Shown: one piece after another, positions 19,619-28,111 of the stretch | Layout of the letters: every line of letters begins with the position of its first letter | How positions within the stretch are numbered: position 1 is the first letter of the stretch | Source of the DNA: Oligoflexia bacterium | GTDB lineage: Bacteria > Bdellovibrionota > UBA1018 | Assembly (NCBI GenBank): GCA_014378465.1 | Contig: JACMNQ010000033.1 | Coordinates: 5,578 to 69,577 of the forward strand | Reading direction: 5' to 3' | Length of the DNA: 64,000 nucleotides | Made by a program: the position numbers and the translations under genes | The notes under the pieces: model-generated | Databases searched by the model: none | What the model was told of the DNA's origin: nothing | The model's input: the letters and a program-made list of their open reading frames with translations, nothing else

Positions 19619-20238
19619 TTTTTTGACGAAGTGTACGAAGATCTGCTCTGGACCTGAATCTGAACGTTTTCAACCACGGTGATCCCGGCGAAAGAAGGAA
19701 TGGCGATCTTGTAATCTGTCAGCTTCACCGGAAAGTGTGCATCCACACTGAGTGTGTCGGCTGCTCGGGTCAGGACCAGACTGCCGTTCACGGGCTGGGT
19801 CACACCATGAAGAGTGAGTTGTCCCTGAAAAGGAGTCGTGCAGGTGGCGGTCGCGGTTTCAGTGCAGTTTTTCGGGACAGTGAGATGGGTGAGCGTGAGT
19901 CTGGAATCCGGGAACTGTTCCACCTGGAGGTACTTTTTCTTCATGTGCTCGTCGCGCATCTTCATGCCGGTCTCAAGACTGTCGAGATGAAAAGTCGCTT
20001 CGCCGGTCAACTGGTCAGCTACCAGTTTGAAGTTTCCAACCGGTGCTCCCCCTTTGCCATGAATCTTCAGAGCACTGGGGTTTCCAACGGCTTCGAACTC
20101 CACTTTGCCTTCTGAGTTGAGCACCAGATCCGCTCCTCCCGCGGCGAATGCCGAAAAAGTTGCTACCATCACGACAGAGGTCAGGGTGAGAATCATGATC
20201 GGTCCGGGCCTGCCGAGAAACCTTTTTGAGAGCATCAT
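19615..20238 (-). CDS. YceI family protein
   Basis: TGMKMRDEHM, GQLTLHGVTQPV and VKLTDYKI motifs; signal peptide. Confidence 0.88.
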   Translation of the reverse strand: MMLSKRFLGRPGPIMILTLTSVVMVATFSAFAAGGADLVLNSEGKVEFEAVGNPSALKIHGKGGAPVGNFKLVADQLTGEATFHLDSLETGMKMRDEHMKKKYLQVEQFPDSRLTLTHLTVPKNCTETATATCTTPFQGQLTLHGVTQPVNGSLVLTRAADTLSVDAHFPVKLTDYKIAIPSFAGITVVENVQIQVQSRSSYTSSKK

Positions 20239-20275
20239 GAGCGGTTCTCCAGTTCAATCTTGGTGTGGCCAAAGT

Positions 20276-21415
20276 TCAGTTTTCAGGTGAGCCCTGTTCA
20301 ATCCAGGTCTTGAGAAGCTGAAAGTTGTCGGTCAGAAGTGCCTTGCGCGGAGGCATGGTCCCGTTGACAATAACTGCCTCTTCAACCAGGTCAATATTAA
20401 CTTTGACGTTGGAATAGGTTTCAAGATTGACCCCTCCTTTTTTGCCATGGCAACGAATGCAGCTGGGAGTGAAAACCTGGTCTCTGACCTGCGCATAAGT
20501 GACTCGAAGGACTGGAACCGGAACCGGAACAGGCGCAGGAACGGGAGCAGATTCCGGTGCAGGGACGATGACGGGGGCAGTTGGAGTCTCTGGAGCAGGA
20601 GTTGGTGAAGGAGCAGGAGCTGGTGAAGGAGCCGGTGCAATGATGATTGCAGGGGGAGGAGGCGAAGTCACGGGAGGGACCGCTTCCAAAGCCCCTTCGG
20701 GAGCGCCTTGCTCAATCCAGCTTTTCAGGAAAAGCGTGTCGTCGTCGGAAAGGGGATGACGCGGAGGCATCGACTTCTCAGTGATGGCTTCGCGCGTGAT
20801 CAACTCCAGGTTTTCTTTCACGTGGGAGTAGGTTTCCAGATTCACGCCCCCCGCATGTCCATGACACTTCACGCAGCTCGGAGTGAAAATGCGCTGCTTG
20901 ACCTGTGCGTAGGAAATCACCCCGCCCGGAACGGGCAGTGTTGGAGTACTCGAGGGGAGGGGAGTCGAGGAAGCTTCGGGCGCGGGTGGCGCGATGATCG
21001 GGAGCGTGGGATCGCGCACGAATTCAGGTGCGCCCTGATCCAGCCAGCTTCCCAAAAGTTCTTTTTCGGCGCCAGTGAGCGGAGTCCTGCTGGAAGGAGG
21101 CATGGTGCCCTGAAGGAGCGCTTCCTGTTCGATGCCTCGAGCGTGGCTGAAGACTTCAGCGTACGATTCGAGATTCACTCCACCAGCGCTGCCGTGACAC
21201 CGAACGCAGTGAGGAGCGAAGACCGTATTTCTGACCATTTCATAACTGACGGTGGCGGTCGTGGTCCCGAGGCGAGGTCCGAGTGCCTGGGATGAACTCT
21301 TTGGGTTTGAATAGTTGCAGGAGCTGAGTGCCGCGAGGCCGCTCAGCAGAAGCAGACTCAAGCTGGGAATGGACGATTTCAGAGTAAAGGTGAAGCGGAA
21401 GTTCAAAGTGGACAT
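20276..21415 (-). CDS. Lipoprotein with three tandem class I cytochrome c domains and Pro-rich linkers
   Basis: Lipobox LSSC; CVRCH, CVKCH and CIRCH, each followed by GGVNLE.Y, MPP and W..QG.PE. Confidence 0.82.
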   Translation of the reverse strand: MSTLNFRFTFTLKSSIPSLSLLLLSGLAALSSCNYSNPKSSSQALGPRLGTTTATVSYEMVRNTVFAPHCVRCHGSAGGVNLESYAEVFSHARGIEQEALLQGTMPPSSRTPLTGAEKELLGSWLDQGAPEFVRDPTLPIIAPPAPEASSTPLPSSTPTLPVPGGVISYAQVKQRIFTPSCVKCHGHAGGVNLETYSHVKENLELITREAITEKSMPPRHPLSDDDTLFLKSWIEQGAPEGALEAVPPVTSPPPPAIIIAPAPSPAPAPSPTPAPETPTAPVIVPAPESAPVPAPVPVPVPVLRVTYAQVRDQVFTPSCIRCHGKKGGVNLETYSNVKVNIDLVEEAVIVNGTMPPRKALLTDNFQLLKTWIEQGSPEN

Positions 21416-21586
21416 GCGAGTTCCTTTGGCTGCCTGTGCAGGGCGGCTGGCCGCTTCGTAACACTTTCATCGCGGAGACACAACGTGCACGCCTGAAGTT
21501 CGTCCACCGCTCCGGCTCGCCTCGCATGGGGTAGTCATTGAATATCAGGGATGTATCATCGGCGGAAACCGCTTTCACCTGCACAG

Positions 21587-21605
21587 GTGTCTTCTTTTTC
21601 GACAC
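21587..21605. promoter_or_regulatory. Candidate enhancer (bEBP upstream activator) palindrome
   Basis: GTGTC-N9-GACAC (TGT-N11-ACA) about 60 bp upstream of a sigma54 site; IHF-like TTTCAAGGCCTTG on the minus strand at 21627-21639 lies between them. Confidence 0.45.
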
Positions 21606-21666
21606 TTTTAAATCGAAGGCGGTGCCCAAGGCCTTGAAAGTAAAGGACACTGCAATGTACTCACGG

Positions 21667-21682
21667 TGGCACTTCGCTTGCT
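21667..21682 (+). promoter_or_regulatory. sigma54 -24/-12 promoter
   Basis: TGGCAC-ttcgc-TTGCT, a perfect consensus match 34 nt before the ATG. Confidence 0.8.
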
Positions 21683-21716
21683 TCATAGCGTGCAAGAGAG
21701 AAACAAGGAGAACACT

Positions 21717-21923
21717 ATGAACTTTAAGAAATTCGCGAAACTTTTCATGCTTTTCACGCTCATGAACCTGATCGGGACCGTTGTGTGGGCCAGTGAGAAT
21801 ACCGATTCCGCAGCATCCTGCGAATCCATGTCTGACGTTCAGGCCAAAGCGGTTGCCCCCGCCGCAGCAAGCTCCACTTCCCAGCCTGCTGCAGGATCTG
21901 TCGCTGCTCCCGCCGGCAGATGA
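21717..21923 (+). CDS. Small secreted Hit-like peptide; copy 2 (68 aa)
   Basis: AAGGAG RBS; signal ending VWA; mature SENTDSAASCESMSDVQAK aligns with copy 1. Confidence 0.75.
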   Translation: MNFKKFAKLFMLFTLMNLIGTVVWASENTDSAASCESMSDVQAKAVAPAAASSTSQPAAGSVAAPAGR

Positions 21924-21961
21924 TCGTTTCCCTTTAGAGAATCCCCCTTTCAATCCCCTTC

Positions 21962-21993
21962 AAGGCTCTCAGGATACTCCTGAGGGCCTTTTT
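21962..21993 (+). terminator. Intrinsic terminator
   Basis: AAGGCTCTCAGGA-tac-TCCTGAGGGCCTT followed by TTT. Confidence 0.75.
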
Positions 21994-22166
21994 CATTTGC
22001 GTCATCAGAGAGCGGAGTCATCCCCCCGGCGTGATCAGCTCCCGGCGGCATGCGGAACGTCCTGGGCTCTGTTCAATTCTCGCGCATGAACCTCAGCTCG
22101 TCTCCACTCTTGAGCTTCACTTGGACGCCCTTCGGCCTGACTCGGATGCCTGTGTCTTTTCTGAGC

Positions 22167-22204
22167 TGTTTCAAAACGAGTCAGATCTGTCCAAAGATTG
22201 AACA
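22167..22204. promoter_or_regulatory. Tandem candidate enhancer sites
   Basis: TGTTTCAAAACGAGTCA and TGTCCAAAGATTGAACA, starts 21 bp apart, about 90-130 bp upstream of a sigma54 site. Confidence 0.4.
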
Positions 22205-22295
22205 CCTGCCTAGCCCTGTGTTTTCAGTGACCCTCAATCAATTTCGACACGGATATAATAGCTATCAATTTCATATACTTGAATGTGGTGCATTG

Positions 22296-22311
22296 TGGCA
22301 TCGCCGTTGCA
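22296..22311 (+). promoter_or_regulatory. sigma54 -24/-12 promoter
   Basis: TGGCAT-cgccg-TTGCA, preceded by an AT-rich tract. Confidence 0.75.
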
Positions 22312-22424
22312 ATTACCTGTGTAAGCAGAGACTCACCATTGAGGGTGGCTCCCTGTGAGAGAGAACAAACTGTAGAGCGGTGGACCTTGAGAAGGTCTGT
22401 TGTTTGATTAACGAGGAGAGCAGT

Positions 22425-22637
22425 ATGAAAAAAGTAAAGACCCGTTTCCTGTTGGTGATGATCGTCGGATTCCTTGCGGGCCCAACCGCATTGGCTTCTG
22501 AAAACAAGTGGAACGAAGTTCCAGTTGAAGCTCGCAACTGCGGCGCTCAGCAGGACAAGAATTATTATGAAACCTCTGACCTGAATTCCGCTCCAGCGGC
22601 AGGCTCTTCAAGCTCTTCAGCTTCCAGCATCCGTTGA
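22425..22637 (+). CDS. Small secreted Hit-like peptide; copy 3 (70 aa)
   Basis: GAGGAG RBS; signal ending ALA; mature SEN...NCGAQQD plus a PAAGSSSSS tail. Confidence 0.7.
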   Translation: MKKVKTRFLLVMIVGFLAGPTALASENKWNEVPVEARNCGAQQDKNYYETSDLNSAPAAGSSSSSASSIR

Positions 22638-22668
22638 TCGGAAACGATCACGTGTGTTGATTTGAAGA

Positions 22669-23232
22669 TCAGTGAGTCTGAGTGGAACCGTTGAGGTCTC
22701 GGATCAAAGCCTTGAGCTTCTGCCGTTCACTCGAAGGAATATCCGTCACGGGCGCATTCTCTTTCCCTCCGCTTCCCGCGGGAGGAAGAGGATGTGCCCT
22801 TTTTTCGTGGATCGAATCATCATAGCCGGGACGATTCTCCTGACGAAGACCGTGGCGACCGCTGACGGTGGTTTCGGAACCCTCATCGCTGAGTGAACGG
22901 TTCAGTCCGTCGTTGTGCTTTCTCATTCCGTCCGCTGCATCCTTCGCCTGCTGGAAAGCTGACGGATGGGGAGAGGCGTGCGAGCCGGAATCTGAAGAAG
23001 TGGACGAGGTCACGTCCTTGGCGATCCCTTTGGCGGATTTGCTCACTTCCTTCAGAGTATTCTCGGACCATCCTGCCGCTTTGCGAAAGTTGGGCGACTT
23101 CTCCACTTTCGCGATGTGGCTCTGGATGTGCCCATTGAGGGTCTTGCCATCCCACTTAACCCAGTTGCCGAGAATCAGTATGAACAGGATGAAGAGGGTG
23201 GTCTTGAAGAGAAAGCCGAAGAATTTGATCAT
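22669..23232 (-). CDS. Hypothetical membrane-anchored protein
   Basis: N-terminal TM, disordered middle and C-terminal helix; 4-nt overlap with the upstream gene. Confidence 0.65.
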   Translation of the reverse strand: MIKFFGFLFKTTLFILFILILGNWVKWDGKTLNGHIQSHIAKVEKSPNFRKAAGWSENTLKEVSKSAKGIAKDVTSSTSSDSGSHASPHPSAFQQAKDAADGMRKHNDGLNRSLSDEGSETTVSGRHGLRQENRPGYDDSIHEKRAHPLPPAGSGGKENAPVTDIPSSERQKLKALIRDLNGSTQTH

Positions 23233-23717
23233 ACTTGGATTGAGGCTCCTGAGAGTCCTGGGCTCGACATCAGCACAAGGAGTTGAAGTTCAATGAGCGG
23301 ACCGGCAGCGCCGGCCTGCTGCAACTGATGATGGTAGCGATGAGCGGGAACGGGTTGGCCGGATTTTTCAAGCGCCTGCAGCGCCGGCAGAACCTGGGAC
23401 TGAAGCTGAAGCGAAGTCAGAAAGCGCGGAGGCGAGATCATCACATCCCAGCCCTGTTCGAGACTGAGCTGGTTGGCCATTCGACTGGCCAGGACATTTC
23501 CCATCTCAGTGTACGTCGAGCCGTCCAGCCCCTCGTCAAAGAGAAACAGGATGAGTCCGGTCGTATCGCCGTAGAGATTGAAGCTGACTCCACTGCGACC
23601 TTTCAGATCCAGGGCCTGGACGTGATCGATCGGAGCCTGCTTTTCGACATTTCCCAGGTGATAGAATGTGAAACTTTCCGGAAAGGCGCCAATGAGTTTT
23701 GTGAGGTTCTCCAGCAT
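23229..23717 (-). CDS. CheX/CheC-like phosphatase
   Basis: ExxN motif (TEMGNVLAS) and ISPP motif; downstream of cheY. Confidence 0.65.
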   Translation of the reverse strand: MLENLTKLIGAFPESFTFYHLGNVEKQAPIDHVQALDLKGRSGVSFNLYGDTTGLILFLFDEGLDGSTYTEMGNVLASRMANQLSLEQGWDVMISPPRFLTSLQLQSQVLPALQALEKSGQPVPAHRYHHQLQQAGAAGPLIELQLLVLMSSPGLSGASIQV

Positions 23718-23722
23718 GAGTC

Positions 23723-24136
23723 TCAGCCGACTTCCTGCTGCTCACGGTGGCCGCGAGTCGCCATGCGATCGTCGCCGGCCAGGGCCCGAGCCACGGTATT
23801 GAGAACATCCGACGAGCTGAAGGGTTTGACGACGTAATCTTTCGCGCCCACGTTGATCGCTTCCATCACGAGGTTGGCCTGTCCCATCGCCGAGATGATG
23901 ATGACCTTGGCTTCCTTGTCCATCTTGAGAATCTTCTGAGTGGCTTCGATGCCGCTCATCTTGGGCATGACGACGTCCATGGTGACCACATCGGGTCTGA
24001 GCTTGGCGTACATCTCGATCGCCTCGGCTCCGTCCCCAGCTTCGCCAACCACCTGGTAGTGAGCCTCTGTCAGAATGTCTGAGAGTGTTTTTCGAACGAA
24101 TGGTACATCATCGACAATGAGAACGGTCTTCGCCAT
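23723..24136 (-). CDS. cheY: CheY-like single-domain response regulator
   Basis: IVDD, phosphoacceptor in TMDVVMP, SA and VKPF motifs. Confidence 0.88.
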   Translation of the reverse strand: MAKTVLIVDDVPFVRKTLSDILTEAHYQVVGEAGDGAEAIEMYAKLRPDVVTMDVVMPKMSGIEATQKILKMDKEAKVIIISAMGQANLVMEAINVGAKDYVVKPFSSSDVLNTVARALAGDDRMATRGHREQQEVG

Positions 24137-24251
24137 GAATTACTTCCCTGTAAGCGGCACCCTTTCTCGAAATGAAAGGTGCCTTTCAGCAACGCAGGCA
24201 TTCATTTGCCTGCCGTACCAGTGTAACGCTCCCGTGTAAAAAAGCTAGATG

Positions 24252-25562
24252 TCAATCTTTTGGCGTGGCTTCGTGGCCATCGCGATCATCTCGCGATGGG
24301 GAGGGGGTCAACTCGATCAGCACGAGCTCAATCTGCCGGTCGGACGCCTTGCGGACGGTGAATTTCAGGGAACCTGCAGGCGTATTGAAGTAGAGGTCAT
24401 CCGCCAGTTCCGGGATGCGGCCGAACTGCTGCAGCAGGAACCCGCCGAGAGTTTCATATTCGCCTTCAGGAAGTTCCAGTTTCAGATCTTCATTGATCTG
24501 CAGAATTTCCATCTTGGCCTGGACGAGCCAGCTGTTTTCGCCCATCTGCTTGTGGGTATTGACGTCAGTGTCGTGTTCGTCACTGATCTCTCCCACGATT
24601 TCCTCGACGATGTCCTCGAAAGTGAGCACTCCCACCGCACCTCCGTATTCGTCGACCACCACGACCATTTCACTCTCTTCGATTCGCATTTCCTGAAGGA
24701 GATCCTCAAGGGACTGCGTCTCGGCGACGTAATGCGCCGGAGTGATGTGAGCACGGATGGTCTGAGTGGTGTCCGCGGCGAGAAAAAGGTCCGAAATCTC
24801 GAGCACGCCCACGATGTTGTCGATTCGGCCCGAAAAGACCGGCATGCGCGAATGGCGATGGGATTTGAAGCGCTCGAGCGCTTCGGCGATGGTGCTCGCT
24901 TCGGCGATGGCTTCGACCTTGATCAGCGGAATGAGCGCATGTTTGGCTTCTGTGTCCTTGAAATCAAAGATGCGCTTGATCATCTTTCGTTCGCTGGACT
25001 TGATCTCTGATTCCTTGCGACTGTAGGACAGGAGCTGACGGATTTCTTCACGCATCCCCTGGCGCTTTCCGGTGAGCAATTCCTCGATCGGACCGAGAAG
25101 TCGTGAGAGTCGCGAGGTGTAACCGGAAAGGATGCGGGTCACGGGATAGAAGATCCAGAAGATGGACTGCACGGCGGGCGCGACCCACGGAGCCAGTTTC
25201 GTGGCGTACTTCTGGTAGATGGTCTTCGGGATCAGTTCACCGAGAAGCACGACCAGCGGTGAAGTGATCGCGATGGCGATCAGATCGGCGTGTCGGCTTC
25301 CGATCTTGTGCACATAAAGGGAGATGAGGGACGAGATGCTGATCACGCAGAGGCTCGTCATCAGAAGGGTGGAAGAGAGAATGCGCTCCGGATGATTCGC
25401 GAGTTCAAGTGCGAGCTTGGCTCTCTGGGAGCCCTGGCCCGCACGCGCTTTCAGGGTCAGCTTGTCGGCGGACAGGAGTGCGATTTCGCTGCCGGAGAAA
25501 AAACCTTCGATCAGAAGAAACGGCGGAATCAGGAGTGCCAGCGTGGTCAAAGTGAGTTCCAT
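24252..25562 (-). CDS. CNNM/hemolysin family protein (DUF21, CBS pair, CorC_HlyC)
   Basis: FFSGSEIAL, GELIPK, HSRMPV, VVDEYGG, EDIVEEIVGEI and YETLGG motifs. Confidence 0.9.
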   Translation of the reverse strand: MELTLTTLALLIPPFLLIEGFFSGSEIALLSADKLTLKARAGQGSQRAKLALELANHPERILSSTLLMTSLCVISISSLISLYVHKIGSRHADLIAIAITSPLVVLLGELIPKTIYQKYATKLAPWVAPAVQSIFWIFYPVTRILSGYTSRLSRLLGPIEELLTGKRQGMREEIRQLLSYSRKESEIKSSERKMIKRIFDFKDTEAKHALIPLIKVEAIAEASTIAEALERFKSHRHSRMPVFSGRIDNIVGVLEISDLFLAADTTQTIRAHITPAHYVAETQSLEDLLQEMRIEESEMVVVVDEYGGAVGVLTFEDIVEEIVGEISDEHDTDVNTHKQMGENSWLVQAKMEILQINEDLKLELPEGEYETLGGFLLQQFGRIPELADDLYFNTPAGSLKFTVRKASDRQIELVLIELTPSPSRDDRDGHEATPKD

Positions 25563-26698
25563 CAGGAGATGACTCCCTTGGGGGCAATCTTGGTTGGCGC
25601 GGGCGGATTTTCCGGCGGGAAGAGTTCTTCAAAGAGCACATCCAGCAGATCCTGCATCGTCACGATGCCCACTGCATTCTCGTGATCGTCTTCGATCACG
25701 GCCATGTGGGTCTTCTGATTCTTCATGCGGCGAAAGAGCCCGTTGAGTTTGGTGTTCATCGAAACGGTGAAGGGCTTCCACATCAGCGCACTGATCGGCG
25801 TCGAAGGATCTTCCTTCTCCAGCTTGGCGACCAGAAGATCCTTGGAGTAGAGCACGCCGATCACACGGATCTTGCCTGGGCCAGAGGCGGACTCCGTGAC
25901 CGGGATCCTGGAAAACTTCGGATCCTTCACACGGGTCAATGCATTGAGAGCGGCCTGCAGCGTGGTCTGCGCCGGAAGAGAGTAGACCTGGGAGAAAGGC
26001 GTGTAAATTTCACTGACGACCGTGTCGTCGAGATCAAAGACGTTCTTGATCAGCTCAAGTTCACTCTGCTGAATCGTGCCTTCCTTGTGGGCTTCCTCGA
26101 TCATCGACAGAAAGTCAGCCTCACGGAGTATCGGCCGTCGCACGAACTTTGAGTAATCTTTGGCGTCAACCATTCGAGAGGAAAGAATCGCGGAAAAGGA
26201 GCTGATGAATTTCTTGAGAAAGACCCGCACGGGCGCGAGAGATTCATAGACCAGAAGAAGTGGCCCTGCGGTCATGGCCGCGACGATCTGATTGGCTCTG
26301 GCGCCGATGACCTTGGGTGTGATCTCACAGATGAACAGAACCACCGGTGTCGTGAAGACGATGCCGAGAATCGTGTCCATCGCCCAGTGAGGGATATTGT
26401 GAAGGAAGAGAAAGTTGACCGGAGCCTCTGGGCTGTCCTGGCCCCAGCCCCGGGAAACTGCACCTGTGATCAGAGTCGAAAGTGAGATGTTCACGATCTC
26501 ATTGACGACGAGAATGACGACCAGGAGCCCGGCTGGATCGGCGAGCAGCTTTCGGATCTTCGTGTGAGACTTCTTGAAACGGTCCTTGATGGAGCGGATC
26601 TGAAAGCGCGAGAGGCTGAAGAGCGCGACTTCAGAGGCTGACATGAAGGCAGCGACGGCGATCAGAATGACGCAGACCAGGAGTTCAAGAGGTGTCAC
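25562..26698 (-). CDS. CNNM/hemolysin family protein (DUF21, CBS pair)
   Basis: FMSASEVALFSL, EITPK, FSRIPV and GIVTMQDLL motifs. Confidence 0.88.
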   Translation of the reverse strand: MTPLELLVCVILIAVAAFMSASEVALFSLSRFQIRSIKDRFKKSHTKIRKLLADPAGLLVVILVVNEIVNISLSTLITGAVSRGWGQDSPEAPVNFLFLHNIPHWAMDTILGIVFTTPVVLFICEITPKVIGARANQIVAAMTAGPLLLVYESLAPVRVFLKKFISSFSAILSSRMVDAKDYSKFVRRPILREADFLSMIEEAHKEGTIQQSELELIKNVFDLDDTVVSEIYTPFSQVYSLPAQTTLQAALNALTRVKDPKFSRIPVTESASGPGKIRVIGVLYSKDLLVAKLEKEDPSTPISALMWKPFTVSMNTKLNGLFRRMKNQKTHMAVIEDDHENAVGIVTMQDLLDVLFEELFPPENPPAPTKIAPKGVIS

Positions 26699-26766
26699 AG
26701 GTGATTAAGAGTGTACCTGAGGAATGCTGAGTCGGCCAAACTTTGTAAGTCTGTTCGAGAGGAGAG

Positions 26767-27423
26767 TCAGGATTTTGACGGCCCGGAAACAGTCGTCGTC
26801 AGCACTCTTTGCACAAGAGCAGTGAGCTGGGTGGATGAGGCGCCCGGTTGCAGAGCTGCTTCAAAGAGTGCGTGAGTGCTGCGGTCGTGTTCGGCAAGCC
26901 ATGTGAAGCTTTCCTTCGGACCCAGGTACCAGTGGTTTCGAAAGGCGAAGTACTCTTCAAGCAAAGCCATCTGCAGCCATGCCCGGCGGTAGTTCCCTTC
27001 GAGGTCCCCTCTGGAGCTGCGTCCGACCATCTTCTGAAGCCAGACCCGGCGTTCCTGATCTTCTGAAAGTGTGAGCGGGGTGGGGCCCTGTCTGAAGGCC
27101 TGATTGATCTTTGCGAGAAGTTCATCCGCGTACGAATCTCGCTGCACCAGGACTTTGCCTTCTCGGATTCGCAAGTAGTCCTTCTCCTTTCCAGTGAAAG
27201 CATTTTCCGGATAGATGAAAGCGTCGAGATACTTTCCCGTCCCGTCAGCGCTTTGAATGATTCGAGCGTCTCGCACGGCTTCACCTCCCGAGCGGATGCC
27301 CATGAGATCGTAGTCACTTTTCTCGGTGAAGTCGCCGCGACTTCTGGAGCCGTAGAGAATGACCGTGTGGCAGCCGTACTTTTCAGTGAGATCCCTGAAT
27401 GCGATTTCGAGAATGGGGTCCAT
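26767..27423 (-). CDS. Pol-beta-like nucleotidyltransferase domain protein
   Basis: LYGSRSRGD...SDYD catalytic motif plus a helical C-terminal domain. Confidence 0.8.
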   Translation of the reverse strand: MDPILEIAFRDLTEKYGCHTVILYGSRSRGDFTEKSDYDLMGIRSGGEAVRDARIIQSADGTGKYLDAFIYPENAFTGKEKDYLRIREGKVLVQRDSYADELLAKINQAFRQGPTPLTLSEDQERRVWLQKMVGRSSRGDLEGNYRRAWLQMALLEEYFAFRNHWYLGPKESFTWLAEHDRSTHALFEAALQPGASSTQLTALVQRVLTTTVSGPSKS

Positions 27424-27447
27424 GAGTTTGCCTTTCTTGCGCGTTTC

Positions 27448-27984
27448 TCAAGCCGAGGAAAAATGATGAAATTTTCGACCCGGGTCCTTCTTTCGGTCCC
27501 AGAGCCCGGCGGCCTCAAACAGATTCTTGATCAGGTACTTCTGAAGTTCCTGGAGTTCCCGGCCCCAGGTCACGATGCGCGAGTAGGCGAGTTGATCCCA
27601 GAAACGTCCGACGGGATTCCCTTTCCGTGCTCCCGTGACCAGCACTGCGATCCGACCTGACGCAGTCCGGAGAAATCGCTGGAATGCGAGACGGTTCCGC
27701 GCTTTGAGCAGCAGGTGCAGGTGATTGCCGACATTGGCCAGGCGATAGATCACCACTCCGGATTTTCGCGCTTCTTCTCGCAGGAGGTGTTCGATCCTCC
27801 GCTTGTGATGAGGCTGAAGGAAGGACCACTTGCCGCGGGCCCGTGATGACCTCAGGACCAGGTGAAGCGGACTCCTTGGATCCAGAGGTCGAGCTTCCTT
27901 GCGCTTGCCGGTATGCACTGAGCCTCCGTGGTCGCGCCGCGAAGGAGGAAAGAAGGACTGTTGTTTCATGCGCTTGGATGACAT
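27448..27984 (-). mobile_element. Y1 HUH transposase, REP-associated (RAYT)-like
   Basis: HLVLR, NHLHLL (HUH), FW...YSRIV and YLIKN catalytic Tyr motifs; no tnpB nearby. Confidence 0.75.
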
Positions 27985-28111
27985 TTTGATTGCCTGAATA
28001 GCACATTTCTAACTTGGGGCAATGTCATTTCTGGCGGCCCAGGACCTTTTCACGATGTCCTGTCTGCACGCGTTGAGGGCGCTCTGATGCCCCATTTGGG
28101 TCAGTTCCGGA

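Noticed and set aside
20505-20680. Short DNA tandem repeats (GGAACC, GGAGC)
   Set aside because: They are explained by the Pro-Val and Pro-Ala codons of the cytochrome linker
17180-22637. Small peptides as RiPP or bacteriocin precursors
   Set aside because: They have Sec-type signals rather than double-glycine leaders, and no modifying enzymes or dedicated transporter are nearby
26767-27423. MNT-HEPN toxin-antitoxin or CBASS cyclase
   Set aside because: No adjacent HEPN or effector gene; the protein is a single NTase plus a helical domain
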